In this document: one piece after another, positions 45,704 to 55,014 of the stretch
Numbering within the stretch: the first letter of the stretch is position 1
Layout: every line of letters starts with the position of its first letter
NCBI GenBank assembly: GCA_963727775.1
Contig: CAVSHB010000003.1
Location: 1-64,000, forward strand
Direction: 5' to 3'
Source of the DNA: an uncultured Nitrospiraceae bacterium
GTDB lineage: Bacteria > Nitrospirota > Thermodesulfovibrionia > Thermodesulfovibrionales > SM23-35
Length of the DNA: 64,000 bases
Notes under the pieces: model-generated
The model's database searches: none
Told to the model about the DNA's origin: nothing
The model's input: the letters and a program-made list of their open reading frames with translations, nothing else
Made by a program: the position numbers and the translations under genes

Positions 45704-47313
45704 TGGAAAAAAGAGCACTCATTGCCGTAGCACTCGCTTTCGTAATCCTCCTTGGTTATCAATACTTTTTTATTAAGCCCGCACCCCAACCCGTAACCCA
45801 AAAAGTTCAGAAACAGACTAAGGAAGAGGGAAAAGAGACCCCTGCTCCCGGGGAGACCCAACCGTCTCCTGTTACTACCCCGTCTGCGCCCAAAATGAAA
45901 AGCATACGGGCTGAAGAAAAAGAAATACGGGTCGAAACCGAACTATACTCTACCGTCTTTACAAACAGGGGTGCAACATTAAAAAACTATGAGCTTAAGA
46001 AATATAAAGATAAAGACGGCAAAAACGTTTCCCTCCTGAATAACCCGGAGATTAATCGGCCTCTGGCAATGGGGACAAAAGATGATTTTGAACTTTCGGA
46101 TTTAAGTTTCCACGTCACCGGACATGACATAACTCTTGATACAAATACCAAGTCAGGAACCCTTGTCTTTGAATATGCGGATTCGGGCTTTTCCATCCGA
46201 CGGACATATACATTCCACAATGACAGCTATAAGATAGATATCAGAGACGAGGTTGCGGGTATCCCCGACTACTGGATCACCATCGGAACTGATTTCGGCA
46301 TCTTTAACAGTAAGGATACGTCATCGCATATAGGACCCGTTATCCTCGAGGAGGCTGACAGGAAACAATTTTACGCCAAGAAATTGAACGATCCTCAAAG
46401 CTTCAAAGAAGGGCTTAAATGGATAGCTGACGAAGATAAGTATTTCTTTGCCTCACTCGTTCCGCTTACAACGATGGAAGAGGCAAAGGTGTGGAAGGTA
46501 AAGGACTCCCCGGTGGTTGCCTTTAAAGCCAAATCAGGCGTCAACAATTTTATCCTCTACGCCGGTCCAAAAGAATATGACATCTTAAAGACCCTTAATG
46601 TCGGGCTCGAACATATTATAGATTTTGGATTCTTCTCTATAATAGCCGTGCCCCTCTTCTGGGTTTTAAAAGTCTTTTACAAATTGACCGGCAACTACGG
46701 ATGGGCAATTGTACTCCTTACAATAGTCGTAAGAATACCTTTCATCCCCCTGGTGAACAAAAGCCAGAGATCGATGAAGAAGATGCAGCAAATTCAGCCA
46801 AAGGTGGCAGAGATAAGAGAAAAATACAAGAAAGATCCGCAGAAAATGCAGAAAGAAATGATGGATATATATAAGACACACAAAGTTAATCCTCTGGGAG
46901 GCTGTCTCCCTATGCTTCTGCAAATACCCGTATTCTTTGCGCTCTATAAGATATTGTTAATTGCTATAGAACTCAGGAACGCGCCGTTCATGCTCTGGAT
47001 CCAAGACCTATCCGGTCCTGACACCCTTTTCGGGCATATCCCCTTATGGTTTCCCATGATAGGGGGCTTTGCTGTCGGTCCATTACCTATACTAATGGGC
47101 GTCACTATGATAATACAGCAGAAAATGACCCCGACATCCCTTGACCCGACACAGAACAAGATGATGATGTTCATGCCGGTTATATTCACTTTCCTATTCC
47201 TGAATTTCGCATCCGGCCTTGTCATCTATTGGCTCATGAACAATATTTTCAGTATTGCCCAACAATTTTATGCAAACAAAAAACTGGCCAGAGAAGCTGC
47301 CGCTGCGTCTTAG
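45703..47313 (+). CDS. yidC: Membrane protein insertase YidC
   Basis: YAGPK, GNYGWAI, NPLGGCLP, LVIYW. Confidence 0.96.
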   Translation: MEKRALIAVALAFVILLGYQYFFIKPAPQPVTQKVQKQTKEEGKETPAPGETQPSPVTTPSAPKMKSIRAEEKEIRVETELYSTVFTNRGATLKNYELKKYKDKDGKNVSLLNNPEINRPLAMGTKDDFELSDLSFHVTGHDITLDTNTKSGTLVFEYADSGFSIRRTYTFHNDSYKIDIRDEVAGIPDYWITIGTDFGIFNSKDTSSHIGPVILEEADRKQFYAKKLNDPQSFKEGLKWIADEDKYFFASLVPLTTMEEAKVWKVKDSPVVAFKAKSGVNNFILYAGPKEYDILKTLNVGLEHIIDFGFFSIIAVPLFWVLKVFYKLTGNYGWAIVLLTIVVRIPFIPLVNKSQRSMKKMQQIQPKVAEIREKYKKDPQKMQKEMMDIYKTHKVNPLGGCLPMLLQIPVFFALYKILLIAIELRNAPFMLWIQDLSGPDTLFGHIPLWFPMIGGFAVGPLPILMGVTMIIQQKMTPTSLDPTQNKMMMFMPVIFTFLFLNFASGLVIYWLMNNIFSIAQQFYANKKLAREAAAAS

Positions 47314-47373
47314 ATAAGCACCCGCTTCGTATATCAGGCTATAACATAATTTTGTCTGCGCTATACTAACAGT

Positions 47374-48765
47374 ATGTTTACCGATGACACCATCGCAGCT
47401 ATCGCAACCCCATTGGGCGAAGGGGGCATAGGCATAGTCAGGCTGAGTGGAAAAAATTCCGTTGCGATAGCAGAAAAAATATTTAGCTCATCCAAAGATA
47501 AATCCCTCCGCAATTTAAAATCGTATAGCTTGGCTCACGGCTATATACTTAACCCATTAACTGGCGAAAGGATTGACGAAGTTCTTGTATCGGTTATGAG
47601 GGCCCCTCACTCCTATTCAAGAGAAGATGTGGTTGAAATAAACTGCCACGGCGGCATGGTCACGCTGAGAAAAACATTGGAGCTTGTCCTCAAACAAGGG
47701 GCAAGACTCGCGGAACCGGGAGAATTTACCAAGAGGGCTTTTATCAACGGCAGGATAGATCTAAGCCAGGCAGAAGCGGTGCTTGACCTCATAAGGTCCA
47801 AGACAGATGAGAGCGTAAGGATTGCAGTCGAGCAGCTTCAGGGTGGCCTATCTTCAACGATAACGTCATTGAGAGACCGGCTGTTGGAAACCTGCGCTAA
47901 TGTCGAAGCTTGGATAGATTTCCCAGAGGATGAAATCGAGCCTGCATCAAAATATGTTTTATTAGGATCAATGAAAGAAATCGGCAGCGAGCTACACGCC
48001 CTGATTAAAACATATGACGAGGCAAGATTTTTCAGGGAAGGACTTTCAACGGCGATTTCCGGAAGACCGAATGTCGGTAAATCTTCTCTCCTCAACGCGC
48101 TCCTGAAAAAAGACAGGGCAATAGTTACAGAGGTACCGGGTACTACAAGGGATATAATCGAAGAATACCTGAATATCAACGGCCTGCCGCTAAGGATTAT
48201 GGATACGGCAGGTATCAGAGATGTCAATGATATCGCTGAAAAAGAGGGAGTAAAAAGAAGTCTTCAAAGCATTGAAAACGCCGACCTTGTACTCGCCGTC
48301 TTTGATCTGAGCGAGCCCCTTAGGAAGGAAGATTTTGAGGTTATCGAGAAAATAAATAACAAGGATACAATTATTGTTTTAAACAAATGTGATCTTCCTT
48401 CAGCATTCGATAAAGATATTCTAACCTCGCATCTCACGGCAAAAGCCTCACATCTCCTGAATATTTCTGCACTCAGGGGAGACGGGCTTGAGGAACTGAA
48501 AGAACAAATTTTCGAATCGTGCATGAAGGACTGGAAAGAGGAAAGGCAGGGAGTTGTTGTTACAAATATCAGACACAAGATTGCACTTGAGAATGCTCAG
48601 GCAGCCCTTAATAAGGCAATTTATGCCCTTACGGAAAATCACCCGCTTGAAATTCTCGCCCTTGAACTAAGGGATGCGCTTGACAGGCTCGGTGAGATCG
48701 TCGGGGTAATCACAACAGAGGATATCCTCAATAAGATATTCAATGATTTCTGTATCGGGAAATAG
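47374..48765 (+). CDS. mnmE: tRNA modification GTPase MnmE
   Basis: DTIAAIAT, GRPNVGKSS, DTAG, FCIGK end. Confidence 0.97.
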   Translation: MFTDDTIAAIATPLGEGGIGIVRLSGKNSVAIAEKIFSSSKDKSLRNLKSYSLAHGYILNPLTGERIDEVLVSVMRAPHSYSREDVVEINCHGGMVTLRKTLELVLKQGARLAEPGEFTKRAFINGRIDLSQAEAVLDLIRSKTDESVRIAVEQLQGGLSSTITSLRDRLLETCANVEAWIDFPEDEIEPASKYVLLGSMKEIGSELHALIKTYDEARFFREGLSTAISGRPNVGKSSLLNALLKKDRAIVTEVPGTTRDIIEEYLNINGLPLRIMDTAGIRDVNDIAEKEGVKRSLQSIENADLVLAVFDLSEPLRKEDFEVIEKINNKDTIIVLNKCDLPSAFDKDILTSHLTAKASHLLNISALRGDGLEELKEQIFESCMKDWKEERQGVVVTNIRHKIALENAQAALNKAIYALTENHPLEILALELRDALDRLGEIVGVITTEDILNKIFNDFCIGK

Positions 48766-48881
48766 TTGCCCCCCATTGCAAATTATAAACCGCAAAATGT
48801 AAAATTTATGTTGCTTAACGTCAACATTTCTTATTTTTTGGTTTCTTATTATTTTTTTAATTTTTACTGTTTTATGAAAGT

Positions 48882-48967
48882 GCCGGTGTGGTGAAATGGC
48901 AGACGCGCCGGACTCAAAATCCGGTGGGGGCAACTCCGTGTGGGTTCGACTCCCACCACCGGCACCA
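48882..48967 (+). tRNA. tRNA-Leu(CAA)
   Basis: GCCGGTG/CACCGGC acceptor stem, CCGGA-CTCAAAA-TCCGG anticodon arm, long variable arm, GGTTCGACTCC, encoded CCA. Confidence 0.96.
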
Positions 48968-48982
48968 TTTAAAATCAAAGAG

Positions 48983-50083
48983 TTAGAGGCCACCTTCCAC
49001 CGCCTTTAACTCTTTCTTATTCTCCTGTGTCCAAAAAGTGTCCAATTTGAATATTCCGTTTAGCTTGTTTACCGCCTCTTGAATGTGACCTTTTGAGAGA
49101 TGAGAATACCGCATAGTCATTTTTATATCCTTATGGCCCATTAAATATTGAACAGTTCTAATATCAACGCCCTTCATCACAAGATATGAAGCAAAAGTAT
49201 GCCTTAGATCATGAAAACGGAAGTCAGTTATTTTTGCCTTTTCTCTTGCGTATTCAAATGCGTCTCTCCATCCTCTTCCACCGAAAATATATTCATTCTC
49301 AAAGCTCAAGCTTTTTACTATGTCGACAACAATCTCATTCATTGGAACCATTCTTTGAGTGTTGTTCTTACTTTCTCGTACAAAAATGCCGCCCTTTGTA
49401 TAGTCAAGTGATTTAAAGTTTGCATCTGAAAATAGCTTTTCGTCATTCGGATCGATGATGATGTCCGACCTCTTGAGCCTTTTAAGTTCTTCAGCTCTCA
49501 AGCCGGTATTTACAGCAAATAGAATAATCTTCCTCAATCGGTTATTTGCATGACTCATCAGTTCTTCAATTTCCACAGGTCTTGCCCATCGTATGCGGCC
49601 TGGAGGCTCTTTCAATTTTTTAATAGTAGCGGCTGGATTGTCCTTTAAATATCCCCACTCGATAGCCATTTTGAAAGCATGTTTCATATACTGGACATTC
49701 CGATTGACGGTAGACGATGAAACCTTATTTAATCTATGCGATTTAAACCTTTCAATCATGTAAGGGCTTATCTCTGTCAGATAAAGATCGGCTCCTAAGA
49801 ACGGAATAATCTTCGATTTAAAGGCACGCTCTTCAGTATAAGCCTCTTTCGCACATTTGTTTGTATAAGCATATTTAACGTACTTTTCAACAAAATCTCT
49901 TAGTCTGATTTTTTCGAGTTCAACAATCCCCAAGAATTCTCTTTTGTATTTCTTGACCTCAATATCCTCTAATATCTTCTCTGCAAGACTCCGAGGGCCT
50001 TCGATTATCTTCCGGATACGTCTCCCGCTCGTAGTTCTAAAGTCCAAGAGAAATTTCTTTTTGCCCAATTGGTTAATACTCAT
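48983..50083 (-). CDS. Tyrosine integrase
   Basis: TGLRAEE, SKN, FHDLRHTFAS, MGHKDIKMTMRYSH (R-K-H-R-H-Y set intact). Confidence 0.95.
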   Translation of the reverse strand: MSINQLGKKKFLLDFRTTSGRRIRKIIEGPRSLAEKILEDIEVKKYKREFLGIVELEKIRLRDFVEKYVKYAYTNKCAKEAYTEERAFKSKIIPFLGADLYLTEISPYMIERFKSHRLNKVSSSTVNRNVQYMKHAFKMAIEWGYLKDNPAATIKKLKEPPGRIRWARPVEIEELMSHANNRLRKIILFAVNTGLRAEELKRLKRSDIIIDPNDEKLFSDANFKSLDYTKGGIFVRESKNNTQRMVPMNEIVVDIVKSLSFENEYIFGGRGWRDAFEYAREKAKITDFRFHDLRHTFASYLVMKGVDIRTVQYLMGHKDIKMTMRYSHLSKGHIQEAVNKLNGIFKLDTFWTQENKKELKAVEGGL

Positions 50084-50282
50084 ATAATTCCTTAACCGGC
50101 TTCACCTTGGATTTTTCAATATATTTGTCCAAATCAGCTAAATCAAACTTATCGAGGCGACCAGATTTATAGTAAGGAATTCTCTTTTGAGATACCCACT
50201 TATAAAGCGTACTAACTTTTAGACCAAGGTATTCCGAGGCCTGCTTAATATTAAGTAGTCTATGCTTACCTTCTGTATGCAC
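50073..50282 (-). CDS. Excisionase-like HTH_17 protein
   Basis: LLNIKQASEYLGLKVSTLYKWVSQKRIPYYK, overlaps the int start. Confidence 0.85.
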   Translation of the reverse strand: MHTEGKHRLLNIKQASEYLGLKVSTLYKWVSQKRIPYYKSGRLDKFDLADLDKYIEKSKVKPVKELYEY

Positions 50283-50303
50283 CCTTTTGCAAGTTCTCCA
50301 TCT

Positions 50304-50630
50304 CTACTTCCTGTCTTCACATTTCGATGATCTCTTCTTCTTTATGCCAACCTTCCCCTTTAACGCATCCGTTACCGCATCTATTTTCTCAATAGCCGGA
50401 AACAAGGTAGGTCCCCATGCTTCCTTTACTCCTTCTCTGACCCTCTTAAGTTCGGGATCACTATTGATCCACTTGTCGAACGCCTCTTGAGTAGAAAAAT
50501 CTCCCCGCAGTTCTTTCAACATTCCTTTGAGCATGATACTTACGAATTCTGATACGGAGAATCCCCTCGGAACATACTGCAATTGTTTGTATACATCTTC
50601 GTCAATAGATAATGTCAATTTCTTTTTCAT
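50304..50630 (-). CDS. Probable ribbon-helix-helix (CopG-like) regulator
   Basis: MKKKLTLSIDEDVY...SVSEFV pattern, GGAGG RBS. Confidence 0.65.
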   Translation of the reverse strand: MKKKLTLSIDEDVYKQLQYVPRGFSVSEFVSIMLKGMLKELRGDFSTQEAFDKWINSDPELKRVREGVKEAWGPTLFPAIEKIDAVTDALKGKVGIKKKRSSKCEDRK

Positions 50631-50650
50631 GTCCTTTACCTCCCAAAATT

Positions 50651-50679
50651 ACAATAACACACTCAATACGTATTGTCAA
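50651..50679 (-). promoter_or_regulatory. Promoter for RHH-xis-int with a palindromic operator
   Basis: TTGACA-N17-TATTGT, perfect palindrome CAATACGTATTG (50664-50675) across the spacer and -35. Confidence 0.6.
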
Positions 50680-50805
50680 TACCTCCGTATTTATATACTT
50701 CACGTAAATATGGCATATTAGATAAACCCAGGGAAATCTCCTGCGGATCACAAATAATATGCGAATAGAATTCAAATCAGCGTAAGGATACAAGATCATG
50801 CGCAA

Positions 50806-50849
50806 AAGGGGGGATACGCAAAGCTCTCGCTTCTTGCGTATCCCCCCTT
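50806..50849. repeat. 16-bp perfect inverted repeat (candidate replication-origin hairpin)
   Basis: AAGGGGGGATACGCAA-N12-TTGCGTATCCCCCCTT. Confidence 0.7.
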
Positions 50850-51173
50850 AAAGCGGTTACAAGGTCTTGCCAACGTGCTCTGTGTATCAAACCTCGCATC
50901 AATAAAGCAATCCACTTACCATAATCTCCTTTAGCACGATATTCGTCTTAGGGACTGTCAACCTCATAGGCCAGCAAACGGGTTTTGCCTCTAATGGTAT
51001 GATCCTCTGTTTGGATATTTCAAGGTCATACCGTTAACCCTCTATCTTAAATCCGAATTCCTTGCTAACTACTTTCTGTAAGTCGCACGTGCGATATACT
51101 TTTTAAAACTGTGGCTCATTATTGCAATTAGGCATCTTGATGTATTTGTTGGCTATGTTTACAATTAGATATT

Positions 51174-51797
51174 ATGGTATGGGAAGATCATGTTCCAAAA
51201 GATATCAAAAATAATTATGAAGTCCATGATTATAAACACGCAGCTGCGATTTTAACTCAAGAATTTCCTAATGAATTTGATGAAATATGCCAAGCCTTAA
51301 GAAAGTTTAGCTTTACAACGGAGGATGTCACTACTCCTGGTGGAAACGAAAGTCAAATCCCAAAAACTTTCTCGGATATTCTTAGACCACTCGGCTGGAA
51401 AGAAGAACAGCTTACTGCAAAAGTTATAGTTGACGGTATTGAAGTAAGTCATGACACTCACAAAGTTGACTATATTAAGGGACGAGTTGCCTTTGATTTA
51501 GAGTGGAATAGCAAGGATCAAACCTATGATAGAGACTTATATGCATTTAGAGCTTTTTTTGAATATAACAAAATAAGTATTGCTGTTCTCGTTACTCGCA
51601 GTAATGAATTAGACCCTTGGATTGAAAGTTTGGGGTCTTATATTGATAAGTATGGGAAAAAAAGAAAATATAAAGAGAAATTTGGGGCTAGTACGACACA
51701 AATGGGGAAATTATTACCAAGACTGGATTCAGGAAGAAATGGTGGTTGTCCCGTTTTGGTATTTGGTATAACGACTAAGTTAAGAAAAGGAGTTTAG
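51174..51797 (+). CDS. BglII/BstYI-family restriction endonuclease-like protein
   Basis: THKVDYIKGRVAFDLEWNSKD (D...ExN), GASTT, GGCPVLVFGI. Confidence 0.8.
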   Translation: MVWEDHVPKDIKNNYEVHDYKHAAAILTQEFPNEFDEICQALRKFSFTTEDVTTPGGNESQIPKTFSDILRPLGWKEEQLTAKVIVDGIEVSHDTHKVDYIKGRVAFDLEWNSKDQTYDRDLYAFRAFFEYNKISIAVLVTRSNELDPWIESLGSYIDKYGKKRKYKEKFGASTTQMGKLLPRLDSGRNGGCPVLVFGITTKLRKGV

Positions 51798-51800
51798 GTA

Positions 51801-52466
51801 ATGAGTATCATTAGATACAATCCTATTGAAGATTTTGTTAAGTTTGTTAACAAAAGAAAATACTCGACAATATTAGCTGATCCACCATGGCAATTTACAA
51901 ATCGAACAGGGAAAATGGCTCCTGAACACAAAAGATTAAACCGTTACTCAACGATGAACTTGCAGGATATAAAAGAGCTGCCCGTTTCATTAGTTGCCCA
52001 GGATAACTGTCATCTTTACTTATGGATTCCAAATGCTTTGCTGCGTGAAGGGTTAGAGGTTATGGAGGCATGGGGGTTTAAGTATAAAACAAATATAATT
52101 TGGCATAAAATTCGCAAAGACGGGGGGCCAGATGGGCGTGGTGTCGGTTTCTATTTCAGAAATACTACTGAAATTGTACTCTTTGGATCACGAGGGCACA
52201 TGAGAACTCTTACACCTGGCAGAAGACAGGTTAATATTATCCGTTCTATGAAGAGAGAACATTCTCGGAAGCCTGATGAACTATATGATATTATCGAGGC
52301 TTGTAGTCCTGAACCTTATTTAGAACTTTTTGCCCGAGGAAAACGTAAAGGTTGGCATCAGTGGGGGAACGAAGTCGACGAATATTCACCTTCATGGCCT
52401 ACATATGCAAATCATAGCCAACAAAAAATAATTCCTTTATTCGGAAAAACAAGGAAATTATCATGA
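51801..52466 (+). CDS. MT-A70-family adenine DNA methyltransferase
   Basis: ADPPW, YLW, WGF, REHSRKPD, LELFAR, WGNE. Confidence 0.92.
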   Translation: MSIIRYNPIEDFVKFVNKRKYSTILADPPWQFTNRTGKMAPEHKRLNRYSTMNLQDIKELPVSLVAQDNCHLYLWIPNALLREGLEVMEAWGFKYKTNIIWHKIRKDGGPDGRGVGFYFRNTTEIVLFGSRGHMRTLTPGRRQVNIIRSMKREHSRKPDELYDIIEACSPEPYLELFARGKRKGWHQWGNEVDEYSPSWPTYANHSQQKIIPLFGKTRKLS

Positions 52467-52801
52467 ACCAATTCGATGACTTTTCTCAACAACTCGCTAA
52501 AGTAAAACCTATTTCATATTGGAGTTCTGGTGAAGCTGCTTTTCTTGCTCTCAAAAAAACTGTCAATGAACTTGCCAGTTCTGCCCCGAAAGATAATGAC
52601 GTGATTATTGAGGCATTCAATCTCACTGTTAGGGAAGTTAGATACATCGAACCGCATACCCTTGTTTTTAACGGTTTCGATGAACAAGGGAATAATTCCT
52701 TTGTCGTTTGTCATTTTTCACAACTCCTTGCACGTGTTATATATAAACCAAAAGCTAAAACAGAGAGAATAATCACAGGCTTTTCTACAATTACGTCCTG
52801 A
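52463..52801 (+). CDS. Hypothetical protein resembling DUF6173
   Basis: PHTLVFNGFDEQGN...HFSQL...RIITGF, ATGA overlap with the MTase. Confidence 0.6.
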   Translation: MNQFDDFSQQLAKVKPISYWSSGEAAFLALKKTVNELASSAPKDNDVIIEAFNLTVREVRYIEPHTLVFNGFDEQGNNSFVVCHFSQLLARVIYKPKAKTERIITGFSTITS

Positions 52802-52819
52802 TATCAAAATAAAAAAGCC

Positions 52820-53668
52820 TCACTCCACTAATTTCATAAGTGCATCAAAAAACCTGCGACCATTGAGAGCCGTAAAGCCCAAGCCTTGCCACTTCCATTT
52901 GAACCCCATGGATCTATACTCAGCTTTTGCCCATCTACGAAAAAGCCGAAGCTCACGCGATGCTACACCATAAGGAGCTATCTTCTTAAACTCTTCACAC
53001 TCTATGATACCCTGCTTAACCCCCCAGAACCGGCCCACGTCCTCAAAACCTTTAGGGACTTTTGTTTCCTTATCGTTGGCCATATAGGTAACCATGTAAT
53101 TAATCATCTTTCCTACATTTTTGATCTTGTCCACATGGGTACCCGCCTTGAGGTGCTTAGGATCACCGGAGCCTACAATTTCATACCACCGTCGAGCAAG
53201 CCATTTGTAATCAACGGGTCTATCCGTCAAAAAGTGGACATGAGGAGCGTTTCTTATCTGAAAGCCAAGCCGCCACGTCCAAGCAATGCCCTTATATTCT
53301 CTTTGAAGTGACTCCTTCAAGAGTCTTATATCACGCTTAACCTTTTTACCGTCCATAGGGAAATCCGCAGGGTAACCGACTTCCAGTTCATGCGTCCAAA
53401 TCTTTTGAGAGTTACGCAGGAGAAAGCGATATCGGCGCTTTGACTTTTCGCTATAAGCTGCGATCTTACCACGTTTCTGACAATGCGTTTTCTTCTCCCT
53501 AAAATTCATATTTTCTTTAGGGTTTACAATTAACCTAAAAGCAAATTTCGCATCAGTTGAATAAATTTTAGAGGTTAATTCCACAGGAGAGTTATAATAA
53601 TATCGCACATGAGCTCCGCCCACAGCTTTGATAATCCCGATTGGCTTATTTACAATCTCAGTTACCAT
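52820..53668 (-). CDS. HUH rolling-circle replication initiator-like protein
   Basis: RGKIAAYSEKSKRR, YPADFP, FQIRNAPHVH (HUH), YMVTYM, VPKGFEDVGRFWG. Confidence 0.75.
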   Translation of the reverse strand: MVTEIVNKPIGIIKAVGGAHVRYYYNSPVELTSKIYSTDAKFAFRLIVNPKENMNFREKKTHCQKRGKIAAYSEKSKRRYRFLLRNSQKIWTHELEVGYPADFPMDGKKVKRDIRLLKESLQREYKGIAWTWRLGFQIRNAPHVHFLTDRPVDYKWLARRWYEIVGSGDPKHLKAGTHVDKIKNVGKMINYMVTYMANDKETKVPKGFEDVGRFWGVKQGIIECEEFKKIAPYGVASRELRLFRRWAKAEYRSMGFKWKWQGLGFTALNGRRFFDALMKLVE

Positions 53669-53813
53669 CTTTAACTGTCCAAAAACTGTCCATAAGAGGT
53701 GTAAAAAAGAGAAAATTCATCCAAATTGATACGAGAAAATGGGAGGGCCTTGGTTTAAATATGCAGTTAATTTTATTAGGAAAAACTGTGATCTCTAAAA
53801 AACAACAGTCAGG

Positions 53814-53872
53814 CTCAAAATCCGGTGGGGGCAACTCCGTGTGGGTTCGACTCCCACCACCGGCACCATTTA
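53814..53872 (+). repeat. attR: duplicated 3' part of tRNA-Leu
   Basis: 59/59 identity to 48913-48971, starting in the anticodon loop. Confidence 0.95.
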
Positions 53873-53874
53873 GC

Positions 53875-55014
53875 CTACTTCTCCAGGAACTGCTTCCAGT
53901 TCATAACAAGTATATTCCCAAGCCTGTAAGGCTCATCAGCATTGCACACGACATAACATGGCACATCCGGATAGTCTTGCTGAAAAGATTTCAGCCCAGT
54001 AAGCTGCGCCGTGGTAATTGTCTTGGACCATTTGATTTCATAAGCGCCGGTGAGTTTCCCTGATTGCTCCATCAGCAAGTCTACCTCTGCTCCGGTGTTG
54101 GTCCGCCAGTAGTACAGATTAATTAACTTCTGCGATGTCTTTATCCATTTTAATGTTTCTATGATGATAAACTGTTCAAATAATCTGCCGAGGAGATACG
54201 GGTCTGAAATGGCACGATCATAACGGTTAATGATGTTTGTGACGCCATTATCGAACAGATAAAATTTTGGATGTCCTGAAAGACGCTTCCGAACACTCTT
54301 TCTCCATGGCTCAAGACGAAAACCGATGAGGGTGTCAACAAGTATTTCATAGTATGTCTTGACGGTCATGACTGCCTGCTGGCACTCTCGTGCAACTGTC
54401 GAATAGTTAACGATCTCTCCAAACTGACTGGCAGCCATATCGAGAAATCTCGAAAATGCCCCTATCTTGCGGACAATACCCTCCGCCTGGATTTCTTCAC
54501 GCAAATAAATATCGACGTATGCGTTCAGAAGATCGATTTTGTCTGCCTCTGTTTCGGCAAGAAAAACGGGAGGAAGTGACCCAAAACGCAGGAAATGCAT
54601 AAGCTGGGCATTCTTAGAGACTTCATTCCACAGAAATGGAAACAGAAACCGCTGCACCGCCCGTCCGCCGAGGAGATTTGCATAACCACGTCTGAGTTTT
54701 CTTGCGCTCGAACCGGACATGAGGAAATGTAGTGAGGTGCTGTCGATAAGATTTTGGACCTCGTTCAGAAGTTCAGGGACGCGCTGTATCTCATCGATGA
54801 AGACATGCTTTATGTTTTTCTTTTTTTCCATGACTTCTCTTCTCAAAAGTGATGGGTCTTTTGAATATTTGAAGAATTGATCGCTCAAGAGCAGATTGAT
54901 CCGATAGACCTTATCCTTAAAAACATTATTGATCAGGGTAGTTTTCCCTGTTTGCCTGGGACCGAAGAGAAAAAATGATTTGTTCACAGGCAGCTTCAGG
55001 GTTCTTTTTATCAT
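53875..55014 (-). CDS. AAA_14 ATPase with DUF4143
   Basis: GPRQTGKTT, FIDEIQ, SGSS, KFYLFDNG, YYWRT...EVD...EIK. Confidence 0.9.
   Translation of the reverse strand: MIKRTLKLPVNKSFFLFGPRQTGKTTLINNVFKDKVYRINLLLSDQFFKYSKDPSLLRREVMEKKKNIKHVFIDEIQRVPELLNEVQNLIDSTSLHFLMSGSSARKLRRGYANLLGGRAVQRFLFPFLWNEVSKNAQLMHFLRFGSLPPVFLAETEADKIDLLNAYVDIYLREEIQAEGIVRKIGAFSRFLDMAASQFGEIVNYSTVARECQQAVMTVKTYYEILVDTLIGFRLEPWRKSVRKRLSGHPKFYLFDNGVTNIINRYDRAISDPYLLGRLFEQFIIIETLKWIKTSQKLINLYYWRTNTGAEVDLLMEQSGKLTGAYEIKWSKTITTAQLTGLKSFQQDYPDVPCYVVCNADEPYRLGNILVMNWKQFLEK

Larger units (their letters stand above)
48913..53872. mobile_element. 4.9 kb integrative rolling-circle-type element in tRNA-Leu
   Basis: Identical 59-bp direct repeats (48913-48971 and 53814-53872) enclosing int, xis-like, RHH, REase, MTase, DUF6173-like and Rep genes. 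Confidence 0.92.

Noticed and set aside
50860..51100. Possible decayed nuclease gene (…RGKTRLLAYEV…) on the minus strand within the element
   Set aside because: Several stops, and the similarity is too weak to support by eye
48983..53668. Inovirus prophage or PICI
   Set aside because: No Zot/pI ATPase, small TM coat proteins, primase-helicase or terminase genes
53814..53868. Second tRNA-Leu gene
   Set aside because: Lacks the 5' acceptor strand and D-arm. It is the attR duplication.
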